Positions 44,653 to 53,100 of a DNA stretch of 64,000 nucleotides are shown in pieces. The notes below the pieces were generated by a model. That model was given only the letters and a program-made list of their open reading frames with translations, had not been told where the DNA came from and did not search any database. Position 1 is the stretch's first letter. Each line of letters begins with the position of its first letter. The position numbers and the translations under genes are program-made. The DNA is from a virus: the IMG/VR virus record IMGVR_UViG_3300046820_002290, positions 1 to 64,000 of that record. One strand, 5' to 3'.

Positions 44653-44704
44653 CCGGGATTCAGCCAACCCCGTAAAAAGTTGCTGTTGTTTACAACAGAT
44701 TACC

Positions 44705-44893
44705 ATGGCTATTCAACCGAACCCTGACAACGTCCCCAGCATGATGCAAGAGGACTTCGGAACTAAAGTTTTGATTACGGATCTCGCCGCTGATCGTTAT
44801 CTAGAGCAAGCGGCCAAGCATGGCACCGAGCGCTACCGTAAATGGTGTGGCGGACGAGACGGATTTGATGATTTTGCGGAACGCTTACATTGA
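44705..44893 (+). CDS. hypothetical protein
   Basis: ATG 44705 (MAIQPNP...). Confidence 0.5.
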   Translation: MAIQPNPDNVPSMMQEDFGTKVLITDLAADRYLEQAAKHGTERYRKWCGGRDGFDDFAERLH

Positions 44894-44938
44894 TTGGCTC
44901 CTGGAAAAAGACGCCTGGTGGACGATGTAGTGGCAACC

Positions 44939-44946
44939 GGGTAAAA
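44939..44946 (+). promoter_or_regulatory. GGGTAAAA box
   Basis: Motif starts 32 nt before ATG 44971. Confidence 0.78.
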
Positions 44947-44970
44947 CTAAGGGTCGGTCGCAGTCCTCCA

Positions 44971-45789
44971 ATGCCCGATTCCATATTTCAAGGGGGTGAG
45001 TGCAATGTAGAACTCATTGGCAACAAAGTGTATGACCTACCCACCGATTGCTTCCAGTTACTTAACATGCTCACTTCCCGTGAAAAGCGCAAGAACCGTC
45101 GCGCTGAATCCGCTCAAATGCTAGAAAATTCTTACTCCAAGGGGATGGATGTTCAACCCCCCAAATTCTTGACATGGCGTCAGGAGGAGTTGTGGAATTG
45201 CTTCAAGAAGAATACCGTTACAATAGGCTTCGGGTCAGCCGGTACAGGCAAAACCCTTATAGCCCTACATTACGGTCTTTTCGGAATTGCTCAAGGGCAG
45301 TTTGATAAAGTTTACTACGTTCGTAGTGATGTTGGTGTGGAGTTCCAACGCGGGAGAGGTGCTTTACCTGGCGACCTGTCGGAGAAAATTGCTCCGCTGA
45401 TTGCCCCTGTCTTAGATAATCTACCCTGCATTATGCGTTCCCAAGGAGCAGCAGAATACCTCCTCAATAAAAAAATTATTGAGCCAGTTTTGCTTGAGGA
45501 CATTCGGGGAAGATCTCTTAATAATGCGTTCATCATTGTCGATGAAGCACAAAACTTCCTTCCCTCTCACGTGAAAACTTGCCTCTCCAGGGTGGGTAAA
45601 GATTCAAAAATTTGCCTCATCGGTGACACAAAACAGACCGACCTCGAAGTTTTCCGTCGGGAGAACGGTCTTGTTGATGCCATTCACCGCCTCCGCCAAC
45701 TTGCCGAAGTTGACGTTGTGGAGTTTCAAAAAGAAGACATTGTGCGCAACTCTGTAATTGCGCATATTCTAGATCGGTATGATGATTAA
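44971..45789 (+). CDS. phoH: PhoH-family ATPase
   Basis: GSAGTGKT, GALPGDLSEK, RGRSL..AFIIVDEAQN, GDTKQTD, DIVRN. Confidence 0.93.
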   Translation: MPDSIFQGGECNVELIGNKVYDLPTDCFQLLNMLTSREKRKNRRAESAQMLENSYSKGMDVQPPKFLTWRQEELWNCFKKNTVTIGFGSAGTGKTLIALHYGLFGIAQGQFDKVYYVRSDVGVEFQRGRGALPGDLSEKIAPLIAPVLDNLPCIMRSQGAAEYLLNKKIIEPVLLEDIRGRSLNNAFIIVDEAQNFLPSHVKTCLSRVGKDSKICLIGDTKQTDLEVFRRENGLVDAIHRLRQLAEVDVVEFQKEDIVRNSVIAHILDRYDD

Positions 45790-45804
45790 TCCCCGGAGGG
45801 AAGC

Positions 45805-46137
45805 ATGAGAAAGGACACACGCTTTAGGCGCCCTGAACGACAAGAAATTGAATCTCGGCTTCCCCAAGGGATTTTATCCGACCCGCAAGCGCTAGGTGTG
45901 TGGAATATGATGCTGAGGGGAGATGACCCCTCCGACATCGCCCACACCTATCGTTCTTTCCGAGACAGCTCCTATTGCACAGTTCCTCGTGAGCATCTCC
46001 GCTCGATGCGGGATACCATGATTACGGCAATGAGGGAAGCTAATCGCCAAGATCCGAAACCGCGCAAAGAAAAGAAAAAAGGAATCCATTACAGTGCAAT
46101 GCCAGACGGCTGGATGCCGCGTCGTACGTCAGCTTAA
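45805..46137 (+). CDS. hypothetical basic protein
   Basis: GGAGG RBS. Confidence 0.65.
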   Translation: MRKDTRFRRPERQEIESRLPQGILSDPQALGVWNMMLRGDDPSDIAHTYRSFRDSSYCTVPREHLRSMRDTMITAMREANRQDPKPRKEKKKGIHYSAMPDGWMPRRTSA

Positions 46138-46139
46138 TC

Positions 46140-46493
46140 ATGAACGCTAAGAAAGAAATCGAACGTCATCGTCTCCCGTGCGGGCCAATGGCGGTTTCAA
46201 TTGAAGGCGTCTGCCGTCGCCGTCTCCGTGACAGTATGGATGCGTTACTGGACAGGTTGACACAAGAGACTCACCCTGAAGGTGTAGATATAGATATTCT
46301 TGAAATGGACGAAGAGGTAGAAATTCCAGAACCGGAAGAACCGGAGGAAACCGATGAGGAAAAGAAACAACGCTTGATCCGGGAAGGAAAACTTAAAGTT
46401 GACGTTAAAAAAGAAGTGCAAAAGTACGAAGAGAAACTGTTCGGCAATTCGAAAATGCTGCAGAATGGATCGGGTAAGATTAACAAACGGTAA
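46140..46493 (+). CDS. hypothetical protein
   Basis: Tightly packed ORF. Confidence 0.65.
   Translation: MNAKKEIERHRLPCGPMAVSIEGVCRRRLRDSMDALLDRLTQETHPEGVDIDILEMDEEVEIPEPEEPEETDEEKKQRLIREGKLKVDVKKEVQKYEEKLFGNSKMLQNGSGKINKR
46472..46479 (+). promoter_or_regulatory. variant late box GGGTAAGA
   Basis: 31 nt before ATG 46503, the typical spacing. Confidence 0.55.
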
Positions 46494-46502
46494 CTAACCA
46501 AC

Positions 46503-46838
46503 ATGACTAACAGGATCGGTGGCGATTTTGACGCGGAAATCATTGAAGCATTTCGCGCAGCTTACGCCCAACAACTTGCGTCTCCTGATCAAGATGAGAT
46601 TGCTAACAACTCCGGCCTCCCCACCAACGTTGTAACAAACACTTCTCCCTGGATCGAGCATACCGGCTTGTGGAAATATCCCAGTGGCAAAGGGCCGGAG
46701 GAAGACCTCAAAACACCGTTCAATCCCAATGATTATCTCTCTGACGAGGTGCTGGACGGAGATGGCGAGATTGAAGAAATGAGTGACGAGGAAGTAATAA
46801 ACTTGGTGAACGAAATTACCGGGGACGAAGAGGAATAA
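46503..46838 (+). CDS. acidic protein with shared N-terminal leader (putative internal head protein)
   Basis: GDFDAEIIEAFRAAYAQ resembles the ORF 49232 leader. Confidence 0.6.
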   Translation: MTNRIGGDFDAEIIEAFRAAYAQQLASPDQDEIANNSGLPTNVVTNTSPWIEHTGLWKYPSGKGPEEDLKTPFNPNDYLSDEVLDGDGEIEEMSDEEVINLVNEITGDEEE

Positions 46839-46841
46839 TAA

Positions 46842-46849
46842 GGGTAAAA
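46842..46849 (+). promoter_or_regulatory. GGGTAAAA box
   Basis: Motif starts 31 nt before ATG 46873. Confidence 0.78.
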
Positions 46850-46872
46850 CCGATTAACCAAGCCGGTAAGCC

Positions 46873-47490
46873 ATGGCATCTCTACGGTCGCAGGAGACCT
46901 TACAAAAAGAATACGACCTACAGGCCGAGTACACCACTCGCATTAACCTGGAACTCCAGCGAGGCTCTATTCCTAACTACAAGGAAACCCTGGAAGATTA
47001 CGCTGTTTTTGCGAATGTTTTGCGCAAAGTGGCGCCCGAGAAAACCCTCGTTTTACTCCACCCTCGCCCAGAAATCATTCTGCAAGCCGAGAGCGAAGGG
47101 TACGAGGTGTCTTTGTTCATAAGTGGCCGGATTTGGCTCTTTAAGGTGAACAAATCGGTTCACTATATTCTGCCTCCGGAACTGGCTGCCGGGGCTGGTT
47201 TATTGCTTAAGCGTATGTGGGATGCCACTATCCCTTGTCTGCCAGAAGGTTTTATTATTCGTGGCAAGATTGATCGACGGGATCCGAAAGAAGAAACCGA
47301 AGCACGAACAAAAATCCAGCAAAATCTTGGGTTCTCTCTCCCTCAGATCGATGATTTTGTATATGGGGTAGTTCGTGATAAAAAACTCCACCCCATTACG
47401 CTGGAAGAAGTGATTACGTTGACGGGGGAAGTCCCCGATCACCTGGACCAAAAGTTTAATGTCCGTAAGATTGATTGGCCGGGAGCCTGA
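46873..47490 (+). CDS. hypothetical protein
   Basis: 205-aa ORF after the late box. Confidence 0.7.
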   Translation: MASLRSQETLQKEYDLQAEYTTRINLELQRGSIPNYKETLEDYAVFANVLRKVAPEKTLVLLHPRPEIILQAESEGYEVSLFISGRIWLFKVNKSVHYILPPELAAGAGLLLKRMWDATIPCLPEGFIIRGKIDRRDPKEETEARTKIQQNLGFSLPQIDDFVYGVVRDKKLHPITLEEVITLTGEVPDHLDQKFNVRKIDWPGA

Positions 47491-47492
47491 GC

Positions 47493-48206
47493 ATGTTTGG
47501 TTCTTCTTTTGATTTTAGTGGCGTAACCCTTCCGGGAGTCGGGGGAGGGATCAACGCGAGCAACGCTATCAGTGGCGAACAGCTCAAGAAAATGAACGAC
47601 TCCGGTAAAAAATGGCGTCCAGGCCCCGACGGTATGGGTATGTCTCATCACAATGAAAGCATTTTGAAGATGAATGCAGAGCATCGCGAAAAGCGTGCCA
47701 GTCTGGTAAACCGCGATTACAACGAGAACGCGGACAGCAAAGATGCGATGAAAGAAATTTTTGATCGCAAAAAGTCCAGAATGTCCTCTTTCAAAGAGAT
47801 GAAACGGGGCGAGTATGGATTCTCCGAGGGCGACTCCCAAGATAGCGAGCTTCTGAGCATGCCCCTCCCCTCCTTCAAAGATCACACCTGTAAGGGAGCT
47901 GGCTGCCCAATTTGCGCCAACAACAAGCAAAAGGATGCAGAGTACCGTGAGTGGTCAACAGAAAAGCGCAAGGCCCTTAAGGAAGGAAAAGTGAAGGGCT
48001 CTTTTGCAGGGCCAGACATGAGCTTCCCCATAGCTAGCCCGGTGGATGTGGCCGCCGCTTGGGCATCTGTGGGTCGTGCCTCTAACCCCCGCGCAATCAT
48101 GCGCAATATCATCCGAATCGCAAAACAAAATGATTGGGAGTCGGGTCTCCCGGAATCCGTCAAGAAACGTCTGGCAGCCGGAGAATCAGGTTTACCAACG
48201 GAGTGA
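47493..48206 (+). CDS. putative internal head protein with DUF6582-like C-terminal module
   Basis: STEKRKAL..FAGPDMSFPIAS..DVAAAW...IIRIAK; FSE and YRE motifs. Confidence 0.5.
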   Translation: MFGSSFDFSGVTLPGVGGGINASNAISGEQLKKMNDSGKKWRPGPDGMGMSHHNESILKMNAEHREKRASLVNRDYNENADSKDAMKEIFDRKKSRMSSFKEMKRGEYGFSEGDSQDSELLSMPLPSFKDHTCKGAGCPICANNKQKDAEYREWSTEKRKALKEGKVKGSFAGPDMSFPIASPVDVAAAWASVGRASNPRAIMRNIIRIAKQNDWESGLPESVKKRLAAGESGLPTE

Positions 48207-48209
48207 GCC

Positions 48210-48542
48210 ATGGGGATGGAGCTATTGGGGATTGTTGCATCATTTGCGACAATCGTTTCTGGTTTTGGCTGGCTCATGGAGCGGAGCGCCAAACGATCTG
48301 AACGAATGTTCATGGAAACCCACTCTGCTATCACCAAAGTCGAAACTAACGTTGAAAACATGGAGAAAGCTTTCACCGATTTAAGGGTGCTTCTACCAAC
48401 CAACTTCGTAACAAAGCAGGAGCTTCTGCAACATATCCAGGGTGAAGAAGCTTGGCATAACACAACATCTGAGCGCCTTCGCCAAATCCAAGAGGAAATC
48501 CTCGCCTTACGCTATCATTCGAACAACAATGGACATCACTGA
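48210..48542 (+). CDS. membrane-anchored coiled-coil protein (holin-like?)
   Basis: One N-terminal hydrophobic helix; LPTNFVTKQE. Confidence 0.5.
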   Translation: MGMELLGIVASFATIVSGFGWLMERSAKRSERMFMETHSAITKVETNVENMEKAFTDLRVLLPTNFVTKQELLQHIQGEEAWHNTTSERLRQIQEEILALRYHSNNNGHH

Positions 48543-49098
48543 ATACGACTGGGAACGTTTGGCAGGCTTAGGTTTTGCCGAAAAAGCTAAAGAAGGGCTG
48601 AAGTCCGCCTGCTGGAAAGGCTATGAAGCCATCGGGATGAAGACCAAAAACGGTCGTAAAGTTCCAAATTGCGTCAAAGTGAAATCAGACTCAGAGCACG
48701 GCGAGGGAGATATTGCCACTGCGGAAATGACTCCGAATTACTTGCCTAAGGAACCAGGAAAAGGCGACGAGAAAAACCCGCAGATGGGTGAGCAAAAGAT
48801 TCGTATGCCCCGTATGGAGGAGATTACTAAGTCTTCTAATCGCAATGGGCATCTGGCAATGGCTGCTGCTCCCAATTATGTAGAGGCCGAGGACTTCTTT
48901 GAAGGTATCAACTCCATGGAGCCGAATGCTGCTATGGCAATCAATCAGCTCCGGGTGATGCGGGAAAAGATTGATATTATGCTTGGCATCCTTTACCCGG
49001 ATGATAACATGGAGCCTTGGATGTCCACCAAACTGGCAATGAGTGCTCAAAACCTGGCCTCCGTAGCCGACTACATGCGTTTTGGAGCAGAAGCATGA
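48529..49098 (+). CDS. putative internal head protein with CWKGY...VPNCV module
   Basis: FAE-..ACWKGYEAIGMKTKNGRKVPNCVK..HGE; MA..QL...EPW..KL....L.SVADY module. Confidence 0.6.
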   Translation: MDITEYDWERLAGLGFAEKAKEGLKSACWKGYEAIGMKTKNGRKVPNCVKVKSDSEHGEGDIATAEMTPNYLPKEPGKGDEKNPQMGEQKIRMPRMEEITKSSNRNGHLAMAAAPNYVEAEDFFEGINSMEPNAAMAINQLRVMREKIDIMLGILYPDDNMEPWMSTKLAMSAQNLASVADYMRFGAEA

Positions 49099-49229
49099 AC
49101 CCACAACTTCACCATAAGTGGAATTCTGAGCGTAATCCTAGCCGAGGGTCAGATCGCGAAGGAGCTCAAATCCTTGAAGAAGACGTTGCCAAAAACAAAG
49201 TAATCTTAAAACAAGACAAGCCGAGATAA
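49095..49229 (+). CDS. small hypothetical protein
   Basis: ATGA overlap; fills the gap. Confidence 0.4.
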   Translation: MNPQLHHKWNSERNPSRGSDREGAQILEEDVAKNKVILKQDKPR

Positions 49230-49231
49230 CT

Positions 49232-49585
49232 ATGTTTGGAAATTTCCCAGAAGATCTTCTAGATCAGTTCAAGCGTGATTACGCCGAAAGGCAAGCAATG
49301 GCTATAGGCTACCCTCAGCAGTCTTTTGCAGACAAAAGCTCAATGCCCTGTAACAAGCCGCGTGCTGAGACTCACAACGGCAAATCTCACGTAGTGAAGG
49401 CATGTGAAGGCGGGAAAGAGCGGCTGATTCGCTTCGGTCAAGCCGGAGTCAAAGGGTCTCCTAAGAAAGAAGGGGAATCAGAATCTTACCGTAAGCGCCG
49501 TGAGTCCTTCAAAGCGAGACATTCCAAGAATATTGCTAAAGGAAAGATGAGCGCTGCTTACTGGGCTAATCGAGTCAAGTGGTAA
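49232..49585 (+). CDS. basic phage protein (DUF6321-like) with acidic leader
   Basis: KSHVVKA..LIRFGQ.G...RRESFKARH...SAAYWA..W. Confidence 0.65.
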   Translation: MFGNFPEDLLDQFKRDYAERQAMAIGYPQQSFADKSSMPCNKPRAETHNGKSHVVKACEGGKERLIRFGQAGVKGSPKKEGESESYRKRRESFKARHSKNIAKGKMSAAYWANRVKW

Positions 49586-49588
49586 CAA

Positions 49589-49596
49589 GGGTAAAA
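49589..49596 (+). promoter_or_regulatory. GGGTAAAA box
   Basis: Motif starts 33 nt before ATG 49622. Confidence 0.78.
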
Positions 49597-49621
49597 CCCA
49601 CTATAACGTCTCCGTCCGGCA

Positions 49622-50143
49622 ATGCGAAAGGACTCGATCAATAATGAGGCTATTGAAAAAGCCTATCTCATCTACAAAGAGCACGGTCATCAAATTGTTG
49701 ACTACGATTTCTCGCATCCGCCAACTGACTACAAGCGGAACACAGTCGAGGAGCCCGAAGTAAACAGCAAGCTGCGCGACGCTTTCAACGAGCTTCTTCC
49801 CGCAAACGTCATGCAGGGAGACAAGTACGAAGACCTGGAGAAGCAAGCTCATGCCCTCAATCTTCGTATCGACAAACAGCAAGACAAACTGCGTGTGTGC
49901 CGTATGCGCGGAAACTTCCAAGAGTTTCACCGCTGCATGCAGGAAATGCAGGAAATGATTAAAGAAAAAGAGCGTCTTGACGCCAAGATGGCAGTAGCAG
50001 CCCCTGGCGGCAATGCAGGACAAAAACAAATGGAAGATTACAATCGCACCCACGAGCAAGAAAGTTCCTATTCCGAGATGGAAGATCTCGGCGCTCAAAT
50101 TGCTGCTCTCGAGGAAATGCTGCAGGAATATCTCGAGCAATAG
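49622..50143 (+). CDS. helical/coiled-coil protein (putative internal head protein)
   Basis: Late box; leader-like N-terminus; YSE motif. Confidence 0.6.
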   Translation: MRKDSINNEAIEKAYLIYKEHGHQIVDYDFSHPPTDYKRNTVEEPEVNSKLRDAFNELLPANVMQGDKYEDLEKQAHALNLRIDKQQDKLRVCRMRGNFQEFHRCMQEMQEMIKEKERLDAKMAVAAPGGNAGQKQMEDYNRTHEQESSYSEMEDLGAQIAALEEMLQEYLEQ

Positions 50144-50151
50144 GGGTAAGA
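50144..50151 (+). promoter_or_regulatory. variant late box GGGTAAGA
   Basis: Intergenic, before ORF 50197. Confidence 0.55.
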
Positions 50152-50196
50152 GTGTAGCAACGTGTCTTCACACGCTACACTACTTGCTCTTTAGCC

Positions 50197-53100
50197 ATGT
50201 CTGCCACAAAAATTATATTCAAGCGTTCCAGTTTACTTGGTAAGCGTCCAACTGACGCCAACCTGGAGCCAGGAGAAATTGGCCTTAATACAAACAGTAA
50301 TGATCCCGGCCTCTTCTTCGAAACGAATAATGGCAGCGTAGTCAAGGCAGGGCCTACCGCTTATTTGGCGGAGGCACCCACACAAACGCCAGCGCGAGGC
50401 GAGCTGTGGGTAGACCGGGATACCAAAGCTATGAGCATCGGTGATGATGCTGGAAAATGGCAAAAAGTTGCGGCTCCCTACCTTGGTGGAACCGACGGCC
50501 TTACCGTGTTTGTGGCACCAGAGTTCCCTAATGCTACGGATTCTCTGGCCAATGATGGTCAAACGGTCCCGTTTATTACTATCAACCGGGCTATATTAGA
50601 AGTAACAAAGAATATTATCCAAGATGCCCTGAGTGGAGTTGCTACTGGCAATAACCGTTACCTTATTATTCTTGCTCCTGGACAGCACTGTGTGGTCAAT
50701 CGACCAGGTGTAAGCACAACAAACTTCACTGTTAATTTCTCTAACCCTTATCAAGAAGTCACCCAAGACGATCTGGCTCAGTTTAACCCTGAGTCGGTGG
50801 GTGGTCTCATTTTACCTCGCGGTGTCTCCATCATTGGTCTGGATCTCAAGAAGTGTGAGATTCACCCCACATATGTCCCCAAGTACACCCACCCCGCGTT
50901 CCCGCCTGGATACCGTCAGCAAGTTAACGGACCTGAATATTCCAATCAACCCTTGTCCTCCATCTTCCGGTGGTCTGGAAACACCTACGTTTCCAACTTT
51001 ACTGGTCTCGATAAAATTGACTATAGGATTGGAACTCAAGTCTTTAAGCAAGATGGGACAAACTGGGCCATCATTAAGACTGAGCGCCCCCACGGTTTAG
51101 ATTTCAACGATTTTGTACAAATCAATTACACTGATTCCACCGACCAAGCCCCCAATCTTTTCTTGCCAGGAGCTTACTACGTAAATCCGATCAACAGCTA
51201 CGAGTTTTTGGTATCTGGCGGACCTTGGGGAGGGGCAAATCAGAATCCAGTGCTGGCGGCCAACATGCCGTCTTCCTATTTTTCTACCGAAATCGGACCG
51301 ACATCCAAATTCAGAATCTGGAATATCTATCCTTACTACATTCCTGCTGATGGGGAGAGCTATGAGTTTTCTTCTTACTCTCACCATCGCCTTAGCTTCA
51401 TTAAAAACGCTTCCCTTGAACAACTCAATAACTTCTACATTAAGGTCCAGAAGGCTTTCCCCGGTGTCTTCGGGGGACAAGTTAATACCGATCTTGTTTC
51501 TCCTGCCGAGTACGAAATTGTTGCACCCGCAATAAATGATTACCCTAACAACCTTCCTGCCAACAGCACAGACAACAGCTCCCCGTATCAGAACTCAGTC
51601 AACCATAGGTCTGACTACGGTATGGCAAATGGGGATTATGACGGTAACCTCGTAAGCGGATTTAAGTCGGTTATTGTTAACGCTTCCACAGCCGTGATCC
51701 TTCAAAAAGACCCGGCGGCTTACTCGATCTACTCCAGCACACCCCAGGATTGGATTCAGCTAACTGAGTATACTCAGCAGAGTCTTGGGGGTGCAGATTT
51801 GATTACCTCCATCCCAACGCAGAAACAGCTCGAAATTCTTAATAACGCTAACATCCCCAACATTCGCTATTATTACACTACTCTCACGGTAACTGACCCA
51901 GACTCCGGTGCGCAAAAGAGCATCGGGGTGCCCGACCCTGACAATGACTTCCGTCATTTCGGCTTCCGAATTGAAGGGCCTAACTCCTACATGCAGGCCC
52001 AATCTACTTACACCATCGGTGCTGCTATCGCATGCTGGACAAAATATGGGGCAATCATGTCCCTCACCAACGCCACTACCAACTTCGGGTCCGTGGCATT
52101 CCAGGCCGAAGGCTTTGCGGGTTTGGGCACATTGGGTGGCGCCAATACCATCAACAAAGGCTTCCTGCTTTCCGGTATCGTTCGCCCTTTACGGTTGCTT
52201 GAAGATTCGGTAGTAAGCGATGAGCAGAAACGCATTTTGTTCCTCGGAAGCAAAGTAGTGGGCGTTGGAACAGACCCCCTGGATCCCGGCGTTCAGCTCA
52301 TCTACCTGCAACGGCCTTTCGACCCAGCGTCTATTCTACCCTTCTCCCTCAAACCTGGTTCAGCCGTCTACACATCAGACGGCGTTTGTAGTTTCCGCGC
52401 CTTTTTCGTCACGGACGGTACGCCAACTTGTATTCTGAGTGCAAGTGCTGGTCAAAACCCATACTCGGAGTTTGGAGCTATCCTTCGCGTGCGGTCTTCA
52501 GACTCTACCATCCCCGGCGGAGCGGTAAACAATCTGGACATTCCCTACATTCGGCGCTATGTTGACCCTCGCACCCCCGCCGAAAAATCTTACGGGTTTT
52601 ACACTCAGTCTACTAACCCAACGAGCCAAGCGCCGCAGCTAGGGTCTGTGTTGCGTCTTAACCAGACGGGTCAAAACCTCTCCAACTCCATTAAACGCAA
52701 CTTCCAGTTTGACCCTGGCATTTACGGCGGCATTGCGCAAGTTTTCACCGTAGACTATGTGGAGACAGAGCAGTACTCGGTGTCAGCAAACTTTAATTAC
52801 AAAGTAGCCGATGCCTCTCAGGCAGTCAATTACGTGGTCTATGCGTCTCTGACAGATGCTACTACACCGTGGGTTCAATCAGTTCCGTCGGATCCAACAG
52901 ATTTCACCAGCGATTTTGTCCCTGCGTACAACCCTCAGGGCAGTTACATCACCTATCAAAACAAAAACTACTACGCTGCGGAGAACAACCTTTGGACTTC
53001 CCTTTACTACGAAACATCCTTTAATGCTCTAAACGGCCCTACGAAGGTTTCCCCTGATAAGAGCGACTCGCCCTTCGTAATCACTAGCGTCCTCGAAAAC

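Noticed and set aside
44670-44679. CCGTAAAAAG as a late box for ORF 44705
   Set aside because: Spacing fits but there are two mismatches in the GGG core; not counted
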